Below, in pieces: positions 41,303 to 47,976 of a stretch of DNA of 47,976 nt (within the stretch, counting starts at the first letter, position 1; each line of letters opens with the position of its first letter). Origin of the DNA: Chloroflexota bacterium. GTDB taxonomy: Bacteria; Chloroflexota; Limnocylindria; QHBO01. The stretch spans positions 1 through 47,976 of the forward strand of contig JBDUEE010000019.1 of NCBI GenBank assembly GCA_040002615.1, written 5' to 3'. The notes under the pieces were generated by a model. The model saw only the letters and a list, made by a program, of their open reading frames with translations. It made no database searches and was not told the DNA's origin. Both the position numbers and the translations under genes were made by a program.

Positions 41303-41578
41303 CTAGTCGGAGCCGCCGGCCATGGCCGGCAGCAGGATCACCGTGTCGTTCGGGCCGACGGTGGTCTCCAGGCCCTGCTGGTAGCGCACGTCTCGATCGT
41401 TGACGTAGACGTTGACGAATCGCGACAGGCGGCCGTCCTCGGTGACCCGCGCACCCAGCGCGGGGTAGGCCGCGAACAGCTGGTCGAGCACCTCCGAGAC
41501 GGTTGCACCGGACGCCTCAACGCTGCGCTGACCGCCGACGTTCTCGCGAAGCACCGGCGGAATGCGCACGCTGCTCAT
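41303..41578 (-). CDS. cysO: MoaD/ThiS-family ubiquitin-like sulfur carrier
   Basis: VRIPPVLR, FVNVYVNDRDVR, ILLPAMAGG followed by SD. Confidence 0.88.
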   Translation of the reverse strand: MSSVRIPPVLRENVGGQRSVEASGATVSEVLDQLFAAYPALGARVTEDGRLSRFVNVYVNDRDVRYQQGLETTVGPNDTVILLPAMAGGSD

Positions 41579-42714
41579 GCCGGCACCTCCTGGCGCTGCC
41601 CTTCGGTCTGAGCCACCAGGAATGGCGACGCCATGCCACAGGCCGGGCAGTCGGGGTCGCGCCAGATGCGCACCTCGCTGAACTCGGTGGTCATCGCGTC
41701 GAACATGAGTAGCCGGCCCGCCAGGGTCTCACCAACGCCCAGCAGCAGCTTGAAGACCTCGTTGGCCTGCAGCATGCCGGCGATCCCCGGCAACACGCCC
41801 AGCACTCCGGCCACCGCGCAGGCCGGCGCCAGCTCGTCGGGCGGCTGGGTCGGGTACATGCAGCGGTAGCACGGCCCGGCGAACGGCACGAAGGTGGTCA
41901 CCTGGCCATCCCAGCGATAGATCGAGCCGTGCACCACGGGCTTGCGCAGCTTGACGGCGGCGTCGTTGAGCACGTAGCGCGTGTCGAAATTGTCGGTGCC
42001 GTCGACGATCACGTCGTAGCCCGCGATCAGCCGCTCCACGTTCTCGGCCGTCAGCCGCTCGCGATGCTCCACCACCCGGGTCTCTGGGTTGAGCGCCTCC
42101 AACGTGACCCGCGCCGAGGCGGTCTTGGGCTGCCCGATGCGGTCCACGGTATGGACCACCTGCCGCTGCAGATTCGACTCGTCGACCAGGTCGTCGTCTA
42201 CGAGGCCGATGGTGCCGATCCCCGACGCCGCCAGGTAGAGCGCCACTGGCGATCCCAGCCCGCCGGCGCCGATCAGCAGCACCTTCGCGTCGAGCAGCTT
42301 GCGCTGCCCGGCCTGGCCGATCTCCGGGATGAGCGTCTGGCGGCTGTAGCGGCGCTGCTGCGCAGCGGAGAGCAGCTGCTCGGGCGCATCCCAGGGCCCA
42401 CCGGCCGCTCGCCAGTCGGCCAGGCTGCCGGCCAGGTTGGCGATGTTGGTGTAGCCGATGCCACCCAGGTACGCGGCTGCGCGGGCCGAACGTGCCCCGA
42501 CCGCACAGTGCAGCAGCAGCGGGGTGGCGAGGCTAGGCACCTCCTGGCCGACGCGCGAGGCAAGATCGGCAAGCGGCAGGAGGGTGGCGCCCGGGATGTG
42601 GCCGTCGTTCCACTCGACCTGCTCGCGCACGTCGATGATGCGGTAGCCCTCGGCGGCGAGCCGCACCGCGTCGGCGGCGCGGACCTGTCGGGGGGGGTTG
42701 GGTTGGCTGGTCAT
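41575..42714 (-). CDS. moeZ: Rhodanese-MoeB/ThiF fusion adenylyltransferase/sulfurtransferase (MoeZ-like)
   Basis: N-terminal rhodanese (IDVRE..EW..GHIPGA, CAVGARS), then RYSRQ, GAGGLG, SNLQRQ, CYRC, CPAC; GAGGA before ATG 42714. Confidence 0.9.
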   Translation of the reverse strand: MTSQPNPPRQVRAADAVRLAAEGYRIIDVREQVEWNDGHIPGATLLPLADLASRVGQEVPSLATPLLLHCAVGARSARAAAYLGGIGYTNIANLAGSLADWRAAGGPWDAPEQLLSAAQQRRYSRQTLIPEIGQAGQRKLLDAKVLLIGAGGLGSPVALYLAASGIGTIGLVDDDLVDESNLQRQVVHTVDRIGQPKTASARVTLEALNPETRVVEHRERLTAENVERLIAGYDVIVDGTDNFDTRYVLNDAAVKLRKPVVHGSIYRWDGQVTTFVPFAGPCYRCMYPTQPPDELAPACAVAGVLGVLPGIAGMLQANEVFKLLLGVGETLAGRLLMFDAMTTEFSEVRIWRDPDCPACGMASPFLVAQTEGQRQEVPA

Positions 42715-42853
42715 GGGTTCCTCTGGTGTGGCGGCCCCGGTGCGCGATGCGCGCTGGGGCATCGGTCCATGGCTGGGAGTGGGGTTGTCTGACGTGCCGC
42801 GTCAGGTGGCGTCGCTGCTCCGACGCCGGCTACAGCGCCCGGTCGATTGCAGG

Positions 42854-42884
42854 CAAGAAACGCGACGGCCAAGAAACGAACGGC
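42854..42884. repeat. Tandem direct repeat CAAGAAACG(CG/A)ACGGC x2
   Basis: Copies at 42854-42869 and 42870-42884, directly after the sufU stop. Confidence 0.65.
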
Positions 42885-43292
42885 TCACACGACCGCCTCG
42901 GCTTCGGCCGGCCAGGCCACCTCGGCACCCTGCACCGCGCCCTGCAGCACCTTGTAGGAGAGCAGCGCGCACTTGAGCCTGGCGGGGCCGATCGGGACGC
43001 CCAGCTCGTCCAGCACGTGCTTGGGATCCATGGCTTTCACGTCGGCCAGCGACATGCCGCGCAGCTCATCGGTCAGGATCGAGGCCGATGCCTGGCTGAT
43101 GGCACAGCCGCGCCCGTCGAAGGCAATGTCCGCGATGTGCTGCTTCGGATCGTCCAGCAACAGGGTCATGCTCATCTCGTCGCCGCAGGTCGGGTTCGAG
43201 TCGGCAAAGTGCAGGTCGTGCGGGTCAAGCACCCCCTTGTTGTGCGGGCTGCGGTAGTGCTCCAGGATGAAGTCGCGGTACAGGTTGTCCAT
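42885..43292 (-). CDS. sufU: SUF-system NifU-like protein
   Basis: LYRDFILEHY, NPTCGD, GCAISQAS, RLKCA. Confidence 0.92.
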   Translation of the reverse strand: MDNLYRDFILEHYRSPHNKGVLDPHDLHFADSNPTCGDEMSMTLLLDDPKQHIADIAFDGRGCAISQASASILTDELRGMSLADVKAMDPKHVLDELGVPIGPARLKCALLSYKVLQGAVQGAEVAWPAEAEAVV

Positions 43293-43294
43293 GC

Positions 43295-44572
43295 TCAGCC
43301 GCCGAACAGTCGCTGGGTGGCGTGCACCGCCTTGACCAGGGCATCGACGTCGTCAAGGTCGTTATAGACGTAGAAGCTGGCCCGGGTGGTGGCGGGTACG
43401 TCGTAGCGCAGCATCACCGGCTGGGCACAATGATGGCCGGCACGCACCGCCACTCCCTCGCTATCAAAGATGGTCGCCACGTCGTGGGGATGGGCCTCGT
43501 CCAGCACAAAGCTGATGACGCCGGCGTGGATCTCCGGATCATCCGGGCCAAAACGGCGCACGCCGGGAATCTCGCCCAGCGCCCGCCAGGCGGCCTCGAA
43601 CAGGAAGCGCTCGTGCTCGCGCACGTTGTCCATGCCCAGTGCGGTCAGGTAGTCGATCGCCGCGCCCAGGCCGATCGCCTCGGCGATGGCCGGCGTTCCC
43701 GCCTCGAACTTGGCCGGCACCTCGTTCCACTCGGCGCCATCCAGGGTGACGCGGAGGATCATGCTGCCACCGGTCATGAAGGGCGGCATCGCATCGAGCA
43801 GCGCCCGGCGTCCCCACAACGCGCCGATGCCCGACGGACCCAGCATCTTGTGGCCGGAGATGGCCAGGAAGTCGCAGTCGAGCGCCTTGATGTCGATCGG
43901 CATGTGCGGCGCCGACTGGGCGGCGTCGACCAGCACCAGCGCCCCGACGTCGTGAGCCATCTCCACGATCTGGGCGACCGGGTTGATGGTGCCCAGCGCG
44001 TTGCTGACCTGCGCCACGGCCAGCAGCTTGGGCCGGCCGGCCAGCTTGGCGGCAAGGTCGTCCATGTCCAGGCGCCCATCGTCGGTGATGGCCACGTATT
44101 CGAGCGTGGCTCCGGTGTCGGCCGCCAACTGCTGCCAGGGCACGATGTTGGCGTGGTGCTCAAGCTGGGTGGTCACGATCCGGTCGCCCTTGGCCAGGTT
44201 GCTGCGCCCCCAGCTGTAGGCCACCAGGTTGATTGCCTCGGTCGCGTTGCGGACAAACACGATCTCTCGTTCCGACGGAGCGCCGAGGAAAGCGGCCAGC
44301 TTGCGGCGCGCCCCCTCGAAGCGCGATGTGGCGTCCTCCGACAGCTCGTAGATGCCACGGTGCACGTTGGCGTAATGGTGGGCATAGGTATCGGCCAGTG
44401 CATCGATCACCACCCTCGGCTTCGGCGCGCTGGCGGCAGCGTCCAGGAAGACGAGCCGCTTGCCGGTGCCGGTGGGACGGTCGAAGACGGGGAAATCGGC
44501 ACGCAGCGCCGTCCCGGAGAAGGCTCCGGCAATTGGAGCCTGTGTGGCAGGAACGGCGCGCTGCACGGCCAT
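43295..44572 (-). CDS. sufS: Cysteine desulfurase, group II
   Basis: ANVHRG, EHHANIVPWQ, SGHKMLGP, FEAGTP, RAGHHCAQP. Confidence 0.96.
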   Translation of the reverse strand: MAVQRAVPATQAPIAGAFSGTALRADFPVFDRPTGTGKRLVFLDAAASAPKPRVVIDALADTYAHHYANVHRGIYELSEDATSRFEGARRKLAAFLGAPSEREIVFVRNATEAINLVAYSWGRSNLAKGDRIVTTQLEHHANIVPWQQLAADTGATLEYVAITDDGRLDMDDLAAKLAGRPKLLAVAQVSNALGTINPVAQIVEMAHDVGALVLVDAAQSAPHMPIDIKALDCDFLAISGHKMLGPSGIGALWGRRALLDAMPPFMTGGSMILRVTLDGAEWNEVPAKFEAGTPAIAEAIGLGAAIDYLTALGMDNVREHERFLFEAAWRALGEIPGVRRFGPDDPEIHAGVISFVLDEAHPHDVATIFDSEGVAVRAGHHCAQPVMLRYDVPATTRASFYVYNDLDDVDALVKAVHATQRLFGG

Positions 44573-44581
44573 GAGGCTAGT

Positions 44582-45451
44582 TTAGACGTGCTCCGCGACG
44601 GGCTCGGCGGACTCAGCCGCCTCGTCGCCAACGTCGGCCGCCAGGCCGACTTGGTCGCGCACCCAGTCATAGCCGTTGGCCTCGAGCTGCTTCGACAGCT
44701 CTTCGCCGCCGGACATCACCACTCGCCCGTCGAGCAGCACGTGCACGAACTGCGGCTTGACGTAGTTCAGCATGCGCTGGTAGTGGGTGATCATCAGCAC
44801 CCCCATCTCCGGGGAGAGGGTAGCGTTGATGCCCTCCGCCACGTTGCGCAGCGCGTCGATGTCCAGACCCGAATCGGTCTCGTCCAGGATGGCCATCTTC
44901 GGGGTCAGGATCGCCATCTGCAACATCTCCAGCCGCTTCTTCTCACCACCCGAGAAGCCGTCGTTGACGTAGCGGCTGGCGAAGGAGGGATCGATGTGCA
45001 GCAATGCCATCTTCTCCTCCATCAGCTTGCGGAACTTTGCCAGCGGGATACCGGTGTACTTCACGGCCGTCTCGCCAGTCTCGTCAGCGGGCTTGGGGTG
45101 GTGGACGGCGTTATAGATGTTGCGCAGGAAGCTGGCCACCGTAACGCCGGGGATGGCGCTCGGGTACTGGAACGCCAGGAAGATGCCTAGCCGCGCGCGC
45201 TTGTCGGGCGACATCGGTAACTTGCCCGGTGCGACGGCGAGCAGGCTCTGACCGGCCCAGCTGATGCTGCCCGCGTCGACGTGGTAGTCAGGGTGACCCA
45301 TCAGCGCGTAGGCGAGCGAGGTCTTGCCGGATCCGTTGGGACCCATCAGCGCGTGCACCTCACCCTGGCTCACCGTCAGGCTGACCCCCTTCAGGATCTT
45401 CTTCCCCGCGATGCTGACCTCGAGATCGCGGATCTCCAGCTGGTCTGTCAT
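44582..45451 (-). CDS. sufC: Fe-S assembly ATPase
   Basis: MGPNGSGKT, FLAFQYP, RYVNDGFSGGEKKR, LDETDSGLDIDAL, ITHYQR. Confidence 0.96.
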   Translation of the reverse strand: MTDQLEIRDLEVSIAGKKILKGVSLTVSQGEVHALMGPNGSGKTSLAYALMGHPDYHVDAGSISWAGQSLLAVAPGKLPMSPDKRARLGIFLAFQYPSAIPGVTVASFLRNIYNAVHHPKPADETGETAVKYTGIPLAKFRKLMEEKMALLHIDPSFASRYVNDGFSGGEKKRLEMLQMAILTPKMAILDETDSGLDIDALRNVAEGINATLSPEMGVLMITHYQRMLNYVKPQFVHVLLDGRVVMSGGEELSKQLEANGYDWVRDQVGLAADVGDEAAESAEPVAEHV

Positions 45452-45497
45452 GCGGTCTGGCGTTGCTCCTCGTGAGTAGCTGTCATGTCCAGCGCCA

Positions 45498-46040
45498 TTA
45501 GGGCGCCGGCTGGGTGGTGGTTGATCCGGCCTGGACCGATGGCGCGGCTCCAGCGCGCGCAGCGGCGGCTTTTGCCGCGGCATGCTGGGCGACGCGTTTG
45601 CGGCGCACGGCCATCGGGTAGGGCGGGCCGCCGGCGGCGGTTGCCACCTCGGCCAGGTTGGTGGCGGAAAGGACTCCCTCCAGGGACTCGTGCACGCGCT
45701 GGAAGACGTCGTGCACGCTGCAGTCCTGGGGACGGGCGCAGACCTCCAGGTTGTCCGCTCCGGCGCAGGGCATTTCCAGGATCGGTCCATCCAGGGCGCG
45801 CATGGCCTCCACCAGGCTGATCTCGGCAGCCGGGCGAGTGAGGCTATAGCCGCCCGACTTTCCGCGGGTGGCGCTCACCAGCTGCGCGCGGCGCAGGTCG
45901 CCGACCAGCTGCTCCAGGTAGGCGTGCGGCAGCTTCTCGGTGCGCGCCACGGTCGCCAGCGAGATCGGACCGTTGCCCTCGGCTCGTGCCAGCGCTGCCA
46001 GCACGCGGATGCCGTACTCGGCGCGCGTCGATAGCTTCAC
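45498..46040 (-). CDS. Rrf2-family regulator, IscR-like (3 Cys + His)
   Basis: KLSTRAEYG, YLEQL, RGKSGGY, C-x8-C-x5-C-x2-H; GTGA overlap with the Rieske gene. Confidence 0.88.
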   Translation of the reverse strand: MKLSTRAEYGIRVLAALARAEGNGPISLATVARTEKLPHAYLEQLVGDLRRAQLVSATRGKSGGYSLTRPAAEISLVEAMRALDGPILEMPCAGADNLEVCARPQDCSVHDVFQRVHESLEGVLSATNLAEVATAAGGPPYPMAVRRKRVAQHAAAKAAAARAGAAPSVQAGSTTTQPAP

Positions 46041-46363
46041 GGCAGGTCCACCACGATCTCGCCGTCCTCGACGTGCACCTCGTAGGCGCTCACCGGACGG
46101 ACCGGTGGCAAGGCCAGCACGCGTCCGCTGAACAGGTCGAAGCGGCCGCCGTGGCGCGGGCATTCGACTGCCTCGCCGTCCAGCTCACCGTCACCCAGCA
46201 CGCCGCCATCGTGTGTGCAGACGTTGTCGATGGCACCCCACTCACCGTCCTCGGTGTGGCCGACGCACAGCGAGCGCCCGGCCACCTGGACGACACGCAC
46301 GGTGCCCGGCTCGACTTCGGACGCGGACAGACCGGTCACGAACCCCGATCGGGTGGCGGTCAT
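46037..46363 (-). CDS. Rieske-type [2Fe-2S] ferredoxin
   Basis: CTH...CPRHGGRFD. Confidence 0.92.
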   Translation of the reverse strand: MTATRSGFVTGLSASEVEPGTVRVVQVAGRSLCVGHTEDGEWGAIDNVCTHDGGVLGDGELDGEAVECPRHGGRFDLFSGRVLALPPVRPVSAYEVHVEDGEIVVDLP

Positions 46364-47580
46364 GCGGCCACCTCTCCCTCGAAGTCGGAGCCGATGCGTG
46401 CGGCCAGCGCGCCGAGCACCGACTGACGGATCGTCTCCGACGGCAGCTGGGCGACCACCTGCTCGAAGAAGCCGCGCACGATCATCCGCTCCGCCTCGTC
46501 GGCCGACAGGCCGCGCGACTGAGCGTAGAAGCGCTGCACGGGATCGATCGCCCCGGCCGTGGCGCCGTGGCCGCAGCGCAGGATGTCATTGGTCTCGATC
46601 TCGAGCACCGGGATCGGCTCCGCGCCGGCCTTCCGCGAGAGGAGCAGGTTGCGGCACTCCTGATAGCTGCTGGTGCCCTTCGCCTCCTTGCGCACCCGCG
46701 TCACGCCGTAGAAGGCGGCGTGGGCCTCGTCGTACAGGGCGGACAGGTAGAGGAGGTCCGAAGTGGTGTGGCTGCCGATGAGGTCCTGGACCGAGTTGAT
46801 GTCGATGTGCTGGCTGCCGCCCGCCGCCAGCAGGCCCAGCAGCCGCGACGTGCCGCCCTTGCCGGTCATGCGCATGTCGACGCCGAGCTTGGTGGTGGCC
46901 GAGCCGACTTCCGCATTCAGGGTGATGACATCGGCGTCCTGCCCCACCTCTACTCGCTGAACACCGATATTCCAGGCCGCATCGCCCAGCCGCTGCAGGT
47001 TCGCATAGCGCACCCGCGACACCTGGCCGGCGACCACGTCCGAAATGCCGCCGTACGAGGCCGCCACGCCGTCGGCCGAGCGGGTCTCCTCCAACAGGGT
47101 GACGCTGCTTCCTTCCTCGGCCACGACCAGGCTGATGGGCAGGAACGCCGCGGCCTCCGCGCCAAGGTCAATCCTCGCCACCAGCGTCTCGTCCACGGTC
47201 ACGCCGCGTGGCACGAACAGGAATGTGCCCCCGCGCCAGTCCGCATGCGCCCTCGCCCAGAAGTGAGCGTGGGAGTCGAGCGTCTGGCGCTTCCCAAGGA
47301 ACCGTCCCACCAGCTCGGGCTGATCGCTGGCAACCGTCGCCAGGTCCCCGAATACGACGCCCGCGGCGGCCAGGTGCTCCGGCAGCTCATGCGAAGTGTG
47401 GGACGGCTCCGCGACCGGCGCTTCCCACGGGAATCCTTCGAGCGACGTTCGACGCCACTCCTCCTCCTGGCCGGTGGGTGCCGGAGTAGCCGCAAGCCGC
47501 TTCTGCCAGTCGGCGCGAGACTGGCGCAGCCAGTCGGCCTCCGCTCGCTCGGTGGCGACCATTCTGTCCTGAACGGTCAT
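46360..47580 (-). CDS. sufD: Fe-S assembly protein SufD
   Basis: EEWRRT, NLLLS..A...PVLEI, CGHGATAG, FYAQSRGL, GFF. Confidence 0.92.
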   Translation of the reverse strand: MTVQDRMVATERAEADWLRQSRADWQKRLAATPAPTGQEEEWRRTSLEGFPWEAPVAEPSHTSHELPEHLAAAGVVFGDLATVASDQPELVGRFLGKRQTLDSHAHFWARAHADWRGGTFLFVPRGVTVDETLVARIDLGAEAAAFLPISLVVAEEGSSVTLLEETRSADGVAASYGGISDVVAGQVSRVRYANLQRLGDAAWNIGVQRVEVGQDADVITLNAEVGSATTKLGVDMRMTGKGGTSRLLGLLAAGGSQHIDINSVQDLIGSHTTSDLLYLSALYDEAHAAFYGVTRVRKEAKGTSSYQECRNLLLSRKAGAEPIPVLEIETNDILRCGHGATAGAIDPVQRFYAQSRGLSADEAERMIVRGFFEQVVAQLPSETIRQSVLGALAARIGSDFEGEVAA

Positions 47581-47584
47581 CGGT

Positions 47585-47976
47585 CTAGCCGACCGCGCCT
47601 TCCATCTGGAGCTGGATCAGGCGGTTCATCTCGACCGCGTACTCCATCGGCAGCTCCTTGACGATCGGCTCGATGAAGCCGTTGACGATCAGCTTGCCGG
47701 CCTCCTCCTCGGTGAGCCCGTGGCTCATGAGGTAGAAGAGCTGCTCCTCGCCGACCTTGGAGACGGTCGCCTCGTGGCCGACGTCGACGTCGTCCTCACC
47801 GATGCGGATCGTCGGGTAGGTGTCCGAGCGCGACTCGGGATCGAGCAGCAGCGCGTCGCAGACCACCTTGGACTTCGACCCGTGGGCGCCCTTGGCGACC
47901 TCGAGCAGGCCGCGGTAGGAGGAGCGCCCGCCGTCCTTGGAGATCGACTTGGCGAAGATGTTCGACGTCGTGTTCG
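47585..47976 (-). CDS. sufB: Fe-S assembly protein SufB, partial (5' end outside the window)
   Basis: CDALLLD..SRSDTYP, HEATVSKV, ELPMEYAVEMNRLI..MEGAVG. Confidence 0.95.
   Translation of the reverse strand, partial: NTTSNIFAKSISKDGGRSSYRGLLEVAKGAHGSKSKVVCDALLLDPESRSDTYPTIRIGEDDVDVGHEATVSKVGEEQLFYLMSHGLTEEEAGKLIVNGFIEPIVKELPMEYAVEMNRLIQLQMEGAVG

Noticed and set aside
39905-42714. E1-like, Ubl and JAB genes as an anti-phage ubiquitin-like system (CBASS type II or Bil)
   Set aside because: No E2, cyclase or effector; the embedded CysM-type synthase explains the cassette as sulfur transfer
42715-42884. SAM riboswitch in the moeZ leader
   Set aside because: The core SAM-I/SAM-IV elements are not recognisable; kept only as an unassigned structured leader
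42711-42887. Open frame continuing after the sufU TGA to the moeZ start (possible Sec insertion or readthrough)
   Set aside because: SufU is already complete, the TGA is not at a Cys position, and 57 stop-free codons are unremarkable at this GC

Overview
High-GC (~70%) bacterial chromosomal window, densely packed with about 48 mostly housekeeping or metabolic CDSs. I saw no rRNA, tRNA, CRISPR array, prophage or transposase. Gene content and style suggest a high-GC Chloroflexota or Actinomycetota-like organism (inference only). Contents: scattered threonine-pathway genes (thrC, thrB, aspartate kinase), an MFS-cNMP fusion with a DmpA peptidase, tag and mutY glycosylases, an ABC-F ATPase, a secreted lysyl-oxidase-family protein converging on a secreted PQQ-type sugar dehydrogenase, bactofilin, asparaginase II, gltX, SseB, upp, GH15, mdh-gltA and several peptidases. 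There is also a large sulfur block: CBS/CGL-type transsulfuration genes and a suf operon with an internal IscR-like Rrf2 regulator, followed by moeZ-cysO-cysM-mec. The most notable signals outside the gene list are: (1) a ~170-nt lower-GC rod-shaped candidate ncRNA filling the gap between two convergent genes (25315-25485); (2) six degenerate DnaA-box-like 9-mers between convergent genes (19835-19944); (3) TANNNT -10 hexamers 6-10 nt before at least 14 start codons, implying pervasive leaderless mRNAs; (4) a structured moeZ leader. Protein oddities include a Glu-His-Ser subtilase, a Cys-less peroxiredoxin-like protein, a CysO with a capped GG-SD tail and an MFS gene broken by a frameshift. The sequence alone does not prove a wholly new system; these are leads.
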